Positions 1-13,385 of a stretch of DNA of 64,000 nt are shown one piece after another. Position 1 is the stretch's first letter. Each line of letters begins with the position of its first letter. The position numbers and the translations under genes are program-made. The stretch lies in contig JASCQW010000190.1 of assembly GCA_030264375.1 (NCBI GenBank), forward strand, positions 88,464,907 through 88,528,906, given 5' to 3'. The notes beneath the pieces are model-generated. The model did not search any database. It was not told where the DNA came from and saw only the letters and a list, made by a program, of their open reading frames with translations. This DNA comes from Carcharhinus longimanus. Its lineage: Eukaryota.

Positions 1-29
1 GCAACCTCCAGGATTTTGGGAATGGGAAA

Positions 30-600
30 TTTATTTGATTTCATTTATTATTCTCACATGTATTAGTATATAGTGAAAAGTATTGTTTCTTGTGCAGTAC
101 ACAGACAAAGCATACTGTTCATTGAGAAGCAAAGGAGAGAGTGCAGAATGTAATGTTACGATCATAGCTGGGATGTAGAGAAAGATCAACTTAATGCAAG
201 GTAGGTCCATTCAAAAGTCTGATGGCAGCAGGAAAGGAGCCATTCATGAGTTGGTTGGTACATGGCCATGAGACTTTTGTATCTTTTTCTCAATGGAAGA
301 AGGTGAAAGATAGTATGTCTGGGGTGTTTGTGGTCCTTGATTATGCTCGCTGCTTTTCCGAGGCAGCGTGAAGTAGTGACAGTATCAATGGATGAGAGGC
401 TGATTTGAGTGATGGGCTGGGCTTTATTCATGACCCTTTGTAGTTTCTTGCAGTCTTGGGCAGAATAGAAGCCATACCAAGGTGTAATTCAGCCAGAAAG
501 AATGCATTCAATGGCGCGTCTGTAAAAGTTGGTGAGAGTCATAACGGACATGCCAAATTTCTTTAGCTTTCTGAGAAAGCAGAGGCATTGTTGGCTTTCA
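30..600 (-). mobile_element. Rex1/Babar-type LINE 3' fragment
   Basis: Minus-strand peptides FLRKLKKFGMS..TLTNFYR..IE.IL and HP.H..FHLLP...RY.S are typical of this clade's C-terminus. An (AAATC)-type tail is at the left end. Confidence 0.75.
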
Positions 601-879
601 AATTTAGTGATGGCAATGCCACTGAATTTCGAGGACAGATGATTTGCTTTTCTCTTGTTGGAATTGGCCACAGCTGGTGCAAATGTAACTTGCCATTTCT
701 CGGTGCAAGTTGAGTAATCAATCAGCAAGAATAGGAGAGATTGCAGAGCTAGACTGAAGGCACACATTGTTTTTGAATATTTTGGCTTTTTTTTTAATGT
801 TCATTTCTCCAGATCCAGGTTTAACACTATTGGCCTGGGGCCACAGCCTAATGGAACTCGAGCTTCAGTTCCTTATGGC

Positions 880-1561
880 TGCGATGACAGCAGTTCTCTC
901 CATTTCTTGCATTTTTCTGGGCGACAGGAAGGGTTTGCGTTTACAAAATTTTTCACGCTGTTTTTTTTAACATCTTTTCCGGGCATTGTTTCCTTGCCGT
1001 TTGTATCTCAGTTCCTGCATTGTAATTGTTTTTTTTCAAAAAAGGGGCTGTAAAACAATCATTATCTGATTTGGAACTGAGTGTGATGAAAGGGTGAAAT
1101 GAACTCAATTTAAAATGGAGCGAGGGAAACTCTTTTGTTGTATTCACAATGATTGGCTATAACAAGCTTGCAAAAAAAAAATGATTGTTCTGTAAGTTTT
1201 CCGTTTACTGTCCAAATCAAAAGTCCAGACTCGCATAGTCTGATTGTTCCTGCAGTATTTTGCTGTTTTAATATTTCTGTTCGTGGTCAGCGGCTGATCA
1301 GCTCTCCTCTATTTCGTGCTGTTGAGTCATATGTCGCTTGTTGGAAATCTCACCAGTCGAATATAGTAGCCATGAGGGCACCCATTTCATGAAACTGCTG
1401 TGCAAGAAATAACGACACACAGGGTTTGACAGAATGTGCGAGTGAGTTACAGGACAGCATTGAAAAGCAGCCTCAGCATCGAGGAGCAGGCTGGACTCTG
1501 GTGGAAATCTGCTGCAGGACCACTGAAAGCAGGGCAAGGGCAGAGAATTCTCGCGGTGAGT
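880..1561 (+). promoter_or_regulatory. Candidate internal promoter / non-coding first exon
   Basis: CpG is locally enriched in non-repeat sequence, ending at a consensus donor CG|GTGAGT (1556-1561). Confidence 0.3.
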
Positions 1562-2579
1562 GTTAAATGCAAGCGTAGACAGTGACATAAAACACCATTT
1601 GAGTTAGTTGCAAAGATTTATTTTTGAAACGAGTGTTTTAAATATGTTTGTTTAAAAATTTTAGCCCATTACTTTTCATACAAATGAGAAGCTGTTGAAG
1701 CAGCATTTATGACATTATTTATCTGAAGTAATTTGAATTGAACCAGATCTTATCATGAAGATGTCAGTAAAATAGTGGACTTTTTTTTGAACTATTCCCT
1801 GAATTGTGAAAAACATCTAGTAATACAGTTAGTTAATCTGTATTATTAAGTTTGTGCTGTATCTGGGGAGGTACATTTTTTTGACCACACAGTAATAGAG
1901 TGAAATGCCTGTGGTTACAAGCATATCACTGGCGGCGTTAATGTCAGGATCAATTTTAAACAATAAGTTAAGTGTATCACACAAGAAAGCTGCACAACAT
2001 TAAATTCTATTGTCTTGAGTGTGGTTACTGTTTTACTATTTTAGTATATTGGCTTTTGCATTTATGTGGTATCCTATTGCATCTTTCAGAAATGTATCAA
2101 GCACATCTTGTACAGTGAATTACTTTTAAGTGCATTGACTGATGCCGACAAATGTGGCAGGCAAATCAGCAAAGCTGATTAGAGCAGTCAAAAATCACAG
2201 GGAAACGTGAGGAATAGTAATAATAATAAGGGTATAAAAGATTATAAGCACCAGACTTAAAGGCAGTCAGGACAGGTCCCTGCGAGCACAATGTTCAGCT
2301 CATTCATTCTGCAAAACATGTTTTCGTGCATTTTAATTTTTTCATTAATGATTGCAGTTTGCAGTAATTATACTTTCAGTTCAAAGCACAGTAATTTTTG
2401 GCCAGTTCTGCTGTTTGGATCTTTTCACAAGAGCCAAAAGAACAGTATAGCCAGAAATTATTGTTGGCGATGCTAGGTGATGCATTCAATTTAAAATAAC
2501 ATTTTCTCTCATTATAATGGAATACGGTAACTCATTTAGTTCAACTAAGTTAGCCTTTGTATTTAAAAAAAAAAGCAAA

Positions 2580-2850
2580 AACCATGAATTTGCTGGATAA
2601 TCATAAAACCCCAAAATATTCACTGATGTCCTTTTAGAGTAGAAATCTTGCTATTCTTATCTGGTTTGGATGATACATGACTCCAGACTCTCAACAATGT
2701 GGCTGATGCTTAACTGAACTCCAAAGTAATCTAGAAAGCCAGTAAATTATATTCAGCTGCTCAGGCATCCACCACCACTTTCTCAGGGCAATTTAGCCTG
2801 GCAGTAAATACTTGTCTAGTCACTGATGCGAACATCCCAAGAATGAAGAA
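2580..2850 (+). mobile_element. Degenerate SINE (same family as 22475-22825)
   Basis: Shared ttcactgatgtcctttt...gaaatc...catgactccaga core and catccca.gaatgaa tail. Confidence 0.55.
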
Positions 2851-2984
2851 AAGTAAACCAGCAAGTGTCTTATAACCATGTTAAACTTTTATCCATGTTT
2901 TACTTTCAGAAGCAGCTTTTCACATTATTAGGAAATATTTAAAGTAAACAGTATTTTTTTTTCTTTTTAATAATTCATGGAGAG

Positions 2985-3740
2985 AAAGATGTGTGGGTTA
3001 GACTGGTTGGGCATGCTAAATTACCCTTAGTGTCAGAGGAATGCAGGATAGGTACATGGGGTTACAGAGATAGGGCCTGGGTGGGATTGTTGTTGGTGCA
3101 GACTAGATGGGCTTAAAGGCCTCCTTCTGCAATATAGGGATTCTATGATTAAGCATCACTTGCAAGGCCAGCATTTGTGGCTTATCCCTAATTTCCTTTG
3201 CGAAACTGGTGATGAACTGCCTTCTTGAATCACTGCAGTCTATATGGTGTAGGTACACAGTGCTGTTAGGAAAGGAGTTCCAGGATTTTAAACAATGGAG
3301 GAACAGTGATATAGTTCGAAGGCAGGATTGTGTGTAGCTTGGAGGGGAACTTTTAGATGATGGTGTTCCCAAGTCTCTGTGCACCTGTCTGTCTAAGCAA
3401 GAGAGGTTATGGGCTTGAAATGTGCAGTTGTAGCTTGACAAGTTGCTGAAATGCGCCTTGCAAATGGTACACATTGCTGCCGCTATTCATTAGTGAAGGT
3501 TTGAGGTGCTGATCAAATAGCCTGCTTTGTCTGATATGGTGTAGAGCTTCTCGAATGTTGTTGGTACTGCACACGTCCAGGCAAGTGGAGAGTATTCCAT
3601 TGGGATGCTGGCTTATGCCAGATAAGGTGGACAGGCCTTTGGAATCACTCTCTGCAGAATTCCCAGCCTCTGAACTGCTCTTTTAGCCACAGTATTTATG
3701 GCTAGTGTGAATAAGTTACTGATCAATAACAACCCGCCAG
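2985..3740. mobile_element. HE1-like SINE 3' part (+, 2985-3148) followed by a CR1/L2-group LINE 3' fragment (-)
   Basis: ggcatgctaaatt...gggcctgggtgggatt...gatgggc SINE body. The minus-strand segment is similar to 47085-48090. Confidence 0.6.
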
Positions 3741-4611
3741 GAGTAATCCTACAGAAGAATTAGGAAAAAGAATAGTTTGATGTTTGACTCTCCCTTTCCA
3801 TCAGAAATCTGTTCTCATTTTGATTCCATGATATTAACTTGCAGTCATTGCTTCAGAAGTTTCATAAAAATAAATGCAGTTTAGTTAAAATAGTTAACAA
3901 AGAATGACCTCAATTCTTGCGATCCCCATATTATTTATATTTTATCTGTCATTGGAAAGAAATGGGGAGCAATATGAGAATGATCCTTGTCTGTCGTGTT
4001 AATGTAGATTGCACTGCAGGTTGAGATATAACTGGTGTACTGAAATATTTAAGTTTGCAGGGTAATGTATCTGTGGCTAGATTTACTAAAATTGTGTTGA
4101 AATCCTTCCAAGTAAATTTACATTAAGTATCTTAGTGTCATAATCCTTCCAGGCAAAAGTTTGAAAGGTAGAATTTCATTAGGCTCCAAGGTCCAGGGAT
4201 CTGAACCAAAGTGTCAAAAGTGAAATTTTTGGAGCTGCTATTTGCAGCCTTCCCAACCAATTCCACCTCATAAACTTCATGTTTTCAATACTTGCCTCTC
4301 CCTGTAGTAAGTTCTAAATCCACCAATGCCACAAGCTGCTCTTTTGTATCTTTTAGATTCATGTTGCTACTAAATTTCAACCTCAGCTTCTGGATGCGGA
4401 ACTGGAATCTTATGCTAGCATTCTGGGTTTAACAAAGGTATTCACAAAGGCACGAAGACAGATTTAGCCCTAGTGGACTGGGCAGGTAGACTGAAAGGTA
4501 GGACATTTGATGAACAGTGACAGATATTCAAGTCCTCACAATTAAAATATATCGCAAATTAGATTGGGAAATGACTTCCATGGCTAAGCAAAGAAGTTAA
4601 GGATAACAGTG

Positions 4612-5034
4612 TGATTTGATAAATTTATTATTGTCAAATGTATTATTGTACAGTGAAGAGTAATGTTTCTTGCGCACTGTACAGACAAAGCATGCCACAC
4701 ATAATGAAGTAAAGGAGAGGGTGCAGAACATAGTGTTACAGTCGTAGCTAGGGTGTAGAGAAAGATCAACTAAATCCAAGGTGGGTCCATTCAAAAATCT
4801 GATGGCAGCAGGGAAGAAGTTGTTCAGGAGTCGATTGGTACATGACCTCAGACTTTTGTATTTTTTTCCTGAAGGAAAAAGGTGGAAAAGAGTATGTCCA
4901 GTATGCATGGGGTCCTTGATTATGCTGGTTGCTTTTCTGAGGTAGCAGGAAGTGTAATAGAGTCAATGAATGGGAGGTTGGTTTGAGTGATGGACTGGTC
5001 TTCGTTCACAACCCTTTGCAATTTCTTGCAGTCT
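4612..5034 (-). mobile_element. Rex1/Babar-type LINE 3' fragment
   Basis: ORF HTGHTLFHLFPSGKKYKSLRSCTNRLLNNFFPAAIRFLN. Near-copy of 30-460. Confidence 0.8.
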
Positions 5035-5079
5035 GGACGAATCTAAGGCATGTCGTATTGCAAAGGCCAGTGGCACACT

Positions 5080-7335
5080 ATGAATTTGGGAAGCTTCTAA
5101 AGATCAATAGAGGATCTCTTTAAAAAAAAGGCAAAGGTAAATTATGAAAGAAAATTAGCACAAAATATATAAATGGATAACAAAATGTCCCATAAGTATA
5201 TAAAGAGGAAGGGAATAGCTGAAGTGAATGTTGGTCCTTTGGAAGATGAGGCTGGGGAGTTAGTAGTGAGGAACTCGGACCTGGTTGAGACACTAAATCA
5301 ATATTTTGCCTCAGTTTTCCCATCCCAATACTGAAGGAAAATGCAAAGGTGACAGAAAAGGAGAACTTAAAACTATCATCATCACTAAGGGAAGAAGTAC
5401 TGAGAAATACTATTGGGTTTCAAGGCAGGCAAGTCCCAGGGCTGGTGGCCTATATCCTTGGGTCCTAACAGAAGTAGGTTGGAGACAGTGGATCCATTGG
5501 TTACAATATTCCAAAATTCCCTGGATGCGGGATTGGTTCCAGTTGATTGAAAAAAAGCTAATAATAATGCCCTTATTCAAAAAGAGTGGGAGGCAGATGG
5601 AGGAAACATAGACCAATTAGTTTAACAATTAGCATTGGGAAATTGTTAGAATCTGTCATTCAGGAAGTAATAACAAGATTTAGAAAGTCAAAATACAATC
5701 CATCAGACTCAGCATGGTTTTATGAAGGGTAAATGACACTTGACTAATTTTCTTTTATTATTTGAAAATGCAACAAACAAGGTGGATGATAAGGATCCTG
5801 TAGATGTTGTATATTTGGACTTCCAGAAGGCATTTGATAAACTGCCATACAAAAGGTTAAGTTCACATGAGATTAGGGATAATTAGCTTGGATTGAGGAT
5901 TAGCTAACCAACACAAAGCAGAGAGTTGGGATAAATGGGTCTTTTGCTGGTTGGCAAGATTTAACAAGTGGGGTGCAACAGGGTTTGGTCCTTGGGCCCC
6001 AACTAATTACAATCTATATAAATGAGTTGGATGCAGGAGTAGTAGGTACTATAGCCAAATTTGCAGATGACTGTAAAATAGATGGGATAGTAAGTTGTGA
6101 TAACAAAATAAATTTACAAATGGATTTGGATAAATTAAGTGAATGGAGCAAAATTTGGCAAATGGAGTTTATCGTGGATAAGTGTGAGGTTATTCATCTT
6201 AGGAGAAAAAATTCAAAGGCAAATTATTTAAATGGAGAGAAATTTCAGGTAGCAGAGTGGACTTCAGGTCACAGCGCCAGAGACCTGGGTCCAATTCCTG
6301 GCTTGGGTCAAAGTGTGGAGTCTGCACATTCTCCCAGTGTCTGCATGGGTTTCCTCTGGGCGCTCCAGTTTCCTTCTACAGTCTGAAAGACATGCTGGTT
6401 AGGTGCATTGGCCATGCTAAATTCTCCTGTGTGCCTGAACAGGCACTGGAGCATGGCAACTGGGGGATTTTCACAGTAACTTAATCGCAATGCAAGTAAG
6501 CATACTTGTGACTAATAAATAAATAGATCTATGTGCCTGGTGCATGAATCTCAAAAAGCTGATATGCAGGTACAGCAGCTAATAAGGAAGGCAAATAGAA
6601 TATTGGCATTTATTGCTAAAGGAATAGAATATAGAAGTAGTGAAGTGTTGCTGATTCTGTACAAAGTATTAGTGAGACCTCACTTAAAATATTGTGTACA
6701 GTTTTGGTTCCCTTACTTGAGGAAGACTGTAATTGCACTGGAGGTGGTACAGAAGAGGTTCTTTAAATTGATTCCAGAAATGAGTGCTTTGTTTTACAAA
6801 GAGAGATTGGGCAGTTTAGCCCATACTGCCTTGAGTTTCGGAGAATGAGAGGAGAGCTATTTGAGGAATACAAGATGATGAGGGGGGAATTGATAAAGTA
6901 AACATGGAGTGGAAATTTCCTTTTGTAGAGAAATCTAGAACAAAAGGTCATAGTTTTAGGATAAGGGGTGACAAATATAAAACACAGATGAGGAGAAATT
7001 ACTCTTAAAGTATTGAGTCTGTGGAATTCACTAGCCCAGTCTGGTGGATGCCGGGACATTGATTAAATTTAAGGAAGAGGTGGACGGGATATTAATGAGT
7101 AAGGATTTGAAGGGCTGTCGTGAACAGACAGGAAAGTGGAGCTGAGGCCAAGGTGAGATCAGCCATGATTGTATTAAATGGTGGGTCTTAACAGAAGTAG
7201 AGTTGGAGATAGTGGATCCGTAGGTTACAATATTCCAAAATTCCCTGGATGCGGGATTGGTACCGGTTGATTGGAGAAAAGGTTCAGTGAAGGGCTGAAT
7301 TGCCTACTCCTGCTCCTGGTCCTTGTGTTCTTCTT
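5080..7335 (+). mobile_element. Degenerate CR1 LINE (RT and 3' end) with nested SINE
   Basis: Motifs VDVVYLDFQKAFDK, QGLVLGPQLITIYINELD, KFADD and LYKVLVRPHLKYCVQFW. CR1 tail gggctgaattgcctactcctgctcct. Stops and frameshifts present. Confidence 0.9.
6256..6528 (+). mobile_element. HE1-like V-SINE nested in CR1
   Basis: tRNA-like head cacagcgccagagacctgggtccaattcc, V-domain gtggagtctgcacattctccc...gggtttcctc, and a (TAAA) tail. Confidence 0.75.
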
Positions 7336-8329
7336 GTGTTGGGAGTAATGAAATCTTTGGATTATCCGCTATTTATGATAAGATCATGGGACTCTTACCA
7401 GGAGACCCAGAGGTCAGCAGGAATTCTGAGCAGGCAAGAGGCTACAGCAGCTGGTCAAAGTGATGACTGTACTCGTGACATNNNNNNNNNNTGTCAGGTA
7501 CAGTTCCACATGTGCTCTCAGCAATAATGTTGTCCCCACTGTCTGTTGGCCTTGCTCCATTCACGAGTCCAGCATTAAAGGATAAAGGCTGAGTAACATA
7601 GAACATGCATATTGATCTTGTTTTGTATCAGGGTATAGGGAGATGACTAATTATATTCCATAAGACACAGTCCTGCTGCTCTTTGATCATTTTTGTGGTA
7701 TCATGTTTTTCGCACAATGCAGGCTTGAATGTCAAAGAGATTGTCAACTTAACCTCAATACAATACAATGTTACTGGTTTCTAGCCAATGTTCTGATACC
7801 CCTAAGTCTTTTTCATCAGACCCATTCCCTCTGTTCTGCTGCCCCTCCTCCTGTGAAACATACAGTAATGGCTGACCTCCACCTCCCTGCTTCAACACCA
7901 CCAGTTTTCACCCTCTGGGCCCATGATTCCTGCTCATCACTCGCGTAATCGCCAAGGTTACATTCAATTCCATTCACCAGCGTGTAAATCAATTGTAACT
8001 GCCTTAACTATTGCATTAGACTTCTCACCATTTTGCCATGGGCTTGCCACCTTATTGCTGTAAGCTAGCAGTAATTGCCTGCATTCGACCCATATCTCTC
8101 TATAGGCATCTTACCAGATTTCAATAATCTGCCACAAACAGGTCTCAGCAAAGCTGAGGATAGGAGCACCCTCTACAGTCTAGACTATCAAACCTGCTTA
8201 CAATAATATCCATAATCCTATATTAACCATTAAATAAAACATAGACTATTTCAGAATCACTTTCCTTTTCAAAAATGGTGCACAAGATGAAAAGGGACCA
8301 GTCAGAAAATTATTCTCCTGAATTGTGTC

Positions 8330-8850
8330 CATTTTAACTTTCTATCTAAATGCTTTTTAAAAGACAAAATTGTACCTGCTTCCACTGCTACCTCTGGCAG
8401 CTCATTCCAGACCATAACACTCTGAGTATAACAATTGCACCTCTGGACTCTTAAAACTCTCCCCTCTCATTTTAAACTTAAACCTCTAGTTTTATACTCC
8501 CCTACCCTTTGGGAAAAGATGTTGACTATCTAGCTGATCTGTGCCCCTTATTATTGTATAGACCTCTGTAAGATCACCCTAAGCTTCCTATGCTCCAGGG
8601 GAAAAAGTCCCAGTCTATCCAGCCTCTCTTTACAATTCAAGCCACCAAGTCCCAGTGGCATCCTAGTAAATCTTTTCTGCACTCTTTATAGTTTAATAAT
8701 ATCCTTTCTATAATAGGGTGACCAGAATTGTACATGGTATTCCAAGTGTAGCCTTACTAATGTCTCAAACAACTTAACAAGACATCCCAACTCTTGTATT
8801 CAATGTTCTGACCAATGAAACCAAGCATGCCAAATGCCATCTTTACACCC
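8330..8850 (-). mobile_element. CR1 LINE 3' fragment
   Basis: Reverse complement of the CR1 ORF2 C-terminus (ccagaattgtacatggtattccaagtg corresponds to HLEY.VQFW). Confidence 0.75.
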
Positions 8851-8852
8851 CA

Positions 8853-10090
8853 CTGTGGTGATTGCCCCATTAAAGATCACTCTGCAGAGTGAGGGTCATT
8901 GACCAAGGGAACCGATCAGGAAGCAGGATGGGGGACTAGTGAGCTTGGGTTTCTGTCCCAGACCCTTCTCAGGAGCTGGCTCCTTTGTACAGCCTTTACC
9001 TGTAAATACACATGTTGTTGTTTTTCCCATAACTGGTGAGTAAGGGTTTTTATTATTGGTGACAAGGCAACAAGCCTTGAACTGTGATTATTCAGTTTCT
9101 GTTGAAGTTGAGACAAAAAAGAGTAATTACAAAAATGTCCCTATTTGGATGGATAGATCAGTTTTTGTTTCTGTGGAGGACTGGGCTCAATACGTAGAAC
9201 ATTCTGTCTATGACATTCAGGCAAGTAGAATGGAGGAAATAGGCAATTCACCTGAGTGCGTATAGGACCCAGGTTTATAATTTGATTTACAGCCTCACAA
9301 CCCCAAGTATGCCCAACTCCAAGCCATTCAGTGAGATTATTACATTTGAAAGTTACATTTCCACCCAAAGTCATGAGTCATGTTGCAGAGATTTGAGTTT
9401 AGTTGAAGGAGGAAAGCCCCAAGGGAAACTATTGCAACTTGTATCACCAGGTTGAAGCAAATCTCGGAGCACCGTGACTTTGGAATCACTTTGGATGATG
9501 TGCTATAGGATAGGTTCGATGGAGGAGTGAATAATGAGGCTATTCAATGCCAGTTACTAGCAGAGGCAGATGTAAATAGTAAGCAAGAATTGGAGATAGA
9601 GCTGGCAATGTAGAGTGCTGAAAAGAGTTACAAAATGTGCAAAATGGTACCATTCACCTGTTCGGGTGAGAACCTTCAGTCAGCAGTGGGGCTGAATCAA
9701 AGATGTTGTGGTGAAACAAATTCAGCCACAAATAAAAACAAGNNNNNNNNNNNNNNNNNNNNNNNNNNNNNNNNNNNNNNNNNNNNNNNNNNNNNNNNNN
9801 NNNNNNNNNNNNNNNNNNNNNNNNNNNNNNNNNNNNNNNNNNCAAATTCAGCCACAAATAAAAACAAGAGGAAATCGATTGGCAAAGATTGAAACAGGAT
9901 GTTATAGATGTGGGGGTAACCATTCCCCTAAATCCTGCAGGTATAAAGGGGCTGAATTGTTGGTTCACTTCAAGGAACAGTATTCAATGGCCACATGAAT
10001 GAATTACCTTAGGGCAACAGATGCCATGAAACCATATCAGGAAGGAGCCAACACGTTACAGAAGGAGAGGAGAAAATTGCCAAGAAGAAA
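8853..10090 (+). mobile_element. Degenerate Gypsy-type LTR retrotransposon (LTR remnant plus gag)
   Basis: gag-like EDWAQYVE, RLKQISEHRDFG, IQCQLLAE and zinc knuckle CYRCGGNHSPKSC. PBS-like tggtgacaagg near 9057. Confidence 0.7.
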
Positions 10091-12514
10091 AGTTTGGCTA
10101 ATGTAGGAACTGGGAAGAAATCTCCTATCAGATTTGTTTCTTCGCACAACTTGAACGATTGGCAAGCAACGCTGATTAAATCAACTGAATCTGCCCTTCT
10201 CTGTTCAAATTGTAAATTGTGTGGTAAACATTTTGGTGCTCACTCCTCGAGGGAGTTTAAGAATTCTTGTTATGCTGCTATTTCAATGTTGATCACAAAA
10301 ATAACAATGTGTTTCTTCTTTTTATGGACAGAAGAATTACAGGAAATAGTTTGAGTTGGGCAGTTGAAATATCCTGTGTTTAAAATTTGAGAGGCCAGCA
10401 AGCTGCTGTGTTTTCTTAAGCCTTGCAGTCAGATAGGACTTCCAAACTCGTGCAATTCTCCCCCTCCCCCTTAAAAGAAAGGACTTTGCTTTCAGGATTC
10501 CTTTTTGAAAATCAAGCCATTATAATGAGTTCTGACTAATTTAGTTATTGACCTGTTTTATTAATTTTGTTTTACATGAGACCTGGTAATTTAAAGTCTG
10601 AGAGAGTTCCTTTGTGGGATGTGGTGATAAGAGTTCAGTTAACCTGAGCATGTGATAGCAACTCCAGTATAACCAATTCTATTGATAATATAGCCCTTCC
10701 ACTTTGGGCACTTCTACATTTGGTACTGCTGTTCTTCAGGTTGTAGGAGAATCATATTGTACATTCGCTCCCTATCTTTAAACACTTCCTTGTGTGGCAA
10801 TTCCATAGTTAGCCTATGAAAATGTGAGTTAGTTAATTTTAGCATTGTCAGTGCACTGAGGTCAATCCTACAATCTGATCTAGAGAAGTGTCAAATATTA
10901 AAAATATACTTTCCTCAGTTCTATTCAGCCAGCAGCCCTGTTGCTGAAATAAAGACAGAACATGCTAGAAATATTCAAGAAGATCAATCAGCATCTCTGG
11001 AGAGAAGACAGTCAGTGTTTCGGCATGGACAATGTTAGAGATGTGTCGCTGACTAATGTTACTTCAGGTCTTTCACGCTATCGATCCCAGTAATCATGTT
11101 CACCCAGCACCCTACTGTCTGGAGATGCATATAGACGTAGGATTAGCCAAATGCAAACATCCAACTGGATTATGAACCAACAGGACTATAGACCCATAAG
11201 AATGTAGTTTGTGAATCTTGAGCAGACTGAAGAGTAGCTTCCATGAAGTAAAAGCAGGGACCCGTTTATTATTTGCAGAGTTCAACAATGTTTGGGCATG
11301 TCTTTCAGCCTAAAAGTGAGTGACAAGCTCTCCTGAACTTACATAGTTAGAAACTCTTCATGTACAATCCAGTCCCTTGCACTAGCAAGCTCAGTAACTC
11401 TTTCTAGCCAGCACATTATCCCTGTGCTGCTGTAAGTTAGGTTTCCTCATTATGAACTCGAAGTTTGAAAAAATGTTAGAAGTGAAATTTATTATTGAAA
11501 ATGTGAGACTGATGGCAGACTTCTTAAATGTATCAGAATCTTTAGTTTTCAAAATAAGACGCATCAAAATGTACCATTTTTAGAAATAATAGTGCACAAA
11601 CCACAAAGGTGCTATCTAGCTCAGTGATTCAGCCAGTACCTCTTATTATCTAAGTCACAATCCATTGTCTTCAGTTTGTTGTGGGTTTCCTGAAATTATA
11701 AGGCAAAGCTCACTTTTTTTAATTGTGGATGTGATGGTGATAAAACCCCTTTAAACAGGATTAAAAATGGTAGGATGTGCAACCGGCAACTCGTAATCCT
11801 ATTCTGTGATTTTGTAACAACCCAAGTTCAATTGTATGGGAAAGTTTGAGCGCTGAGTGACACAAACACATGGCGCTAGTTTCTTTATTTTGCACTGCAG
11901 AGTTTGTGCATATTTTCTGGAAACATGCTGAATTATATTTTTGTCTTTTGAAATGACAACTGGCACTGGACCTGCTTTTATGGTAATTGCAGATCTCTTG
12001 TTAGGAGGCAGGTGTTGATTTTGCTTTCACCTGGATCTGTCTGAATCATGTCTGGCAAGAGTAGCAAGCTGCTTTGAGGGACCTAATGCACTAATTCTTG
12101 CCAACTCAGCAGAGTTGAGAATTGACTAAGATGTTGATTGGTGTTTCTTTCAACAAACAGAGCTTGAATGCTTGCTGAAGAAACAAGTCAGTCAGATCTT
12201 GTTGAAAGGATATCACTGGCATGAATAAAATATGAAGTAAGCACTTTTTTACGTTTGGGGCATGAGAGAAATTGTGCACACTATTTTATGCCATACGTAA
12301 CTTGACGATTATGCATTTCTATTGGTTTCTAATTCATTTTGTGCATCCAAATACAAAAATGCTTTTCCTTTTCATTTAAAAATGAAATTTTTAGCTGGTG
12401 CAGGCATGCTTAATGCAGAAAGGGATTTTTTTGCTTCAAGAGAAGGAGAAATTGGACTGAAGATAGGAAATATTAACAGGAGCCCCATGATTGACTCAGT
12501 GGTTTAAGATGATA

Positions 12515-12615
12515 GTAAAAAGTCTGACAACACCAGGTTTTAGTCCAACCGATTTATTTGATAGTAAACTCACAAGCTTTTGAGGGGACTCCCTCTTTGT
12601 CAGGTGAATGGAGAG
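12515..12615 (-). mobile_element. Penelope-like terminal fragment
   Basis: Reverse complement reads cacctgacaaagagggagtcccctcaaaagcttgtg (decayed hammerhead core), then aataaatcggttggact...cctggtgttgt. Confidence 0.55.
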
Positions 12616-13253
12616 TTCTGGCCTCGGACAGAGCGTATAAAGCACAGACAGTGGGTAAATGCAGTGCTGAGTGTGGTAAATGCAGGCACAAATTCTTTGG
12701 GCTGGGGAGAATCAGCTGGGTTCCTCCACCTGACCACTGTTGTTGACCTTTGTTAGAAAATATATGTTAGTGGAGGGAATTGTTTTCCATGCTAGAGAAG
12801 CCCACTGGTATTTATCCAGGTACTTGTACATGAGATGAGGTACTGGACTGCCGCAGTGCCTGTGGAACTGTACCGTAATGAGAATCACCAGTTTCAAGGA
12901 AGAAGGGTGACCTTGGGGTTGTTGAAACTGTAATGCACCAAATAGCACCCAAAAAAGAAAGCTATTGAAATGCAACTTTAACATGTATTAATCCTATCAA
13001 AATACCTGTCTGTCGTACGTTTCCCAGCATCTGTTGAATGCAACACTTGATCAACTTCCCCTTTTGAACTTACTTATATATGTAACACCTTTTATGTCTT
13101 AAGGGCATCCCAAAGTGTTTCAGAGTTAATTTAAGTACTTCTGAAATGTTTACTATATGGATAAGGTCTACAGGCAGAAATAAGATAACTGACCAATTGC
13201 TACACATAATTAACTACATCCACAGCTCACGTTTGTGTGTTTTCTTGTTTCAG

Positions 13254-13385
13254 GAGGAATGGTCCAGGGATAAGACCTTACACATGGCACTTAGCCAAGT
13301 TATCAGAGGCACAGCCTGAGGCCACTATGATGCACCATTCATCAGGATGTCTCAGTCTGTCGTGGCACTCTGGATATGACACCAG
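13254..13385 (+). CDS. SHROOM4: Shroom4-like coding exon immediately after the PDZ domain (RNGPGIRPYTWHLAKLSEAQPEATMMHHSSGCLSLSWHSGYDTS)
   Basis: Acceptor tttcttgtttcag, donor AG|gtaagt, phase 2/2. Matches the Shroom RPHSWH...SLSWHSG motif. Not in the ORF track. Confidence 0.88.

Noticed and set aside
7300-7527. SRQEA peptide resembling the Shroom PDZ exon
   Set aside because: The flanking residues do not fit a PDZ fold (no GDE..IN or LKL.V motifs) and there are no matching splice sites, so it is treated as chance.
9716-9869. About 27-bp direct repeat flanking a 100-N gap
   Set aside because: Most simply a contig overlap left by scaffolding. A target-site duplication cannot be shown without the gap sequence.
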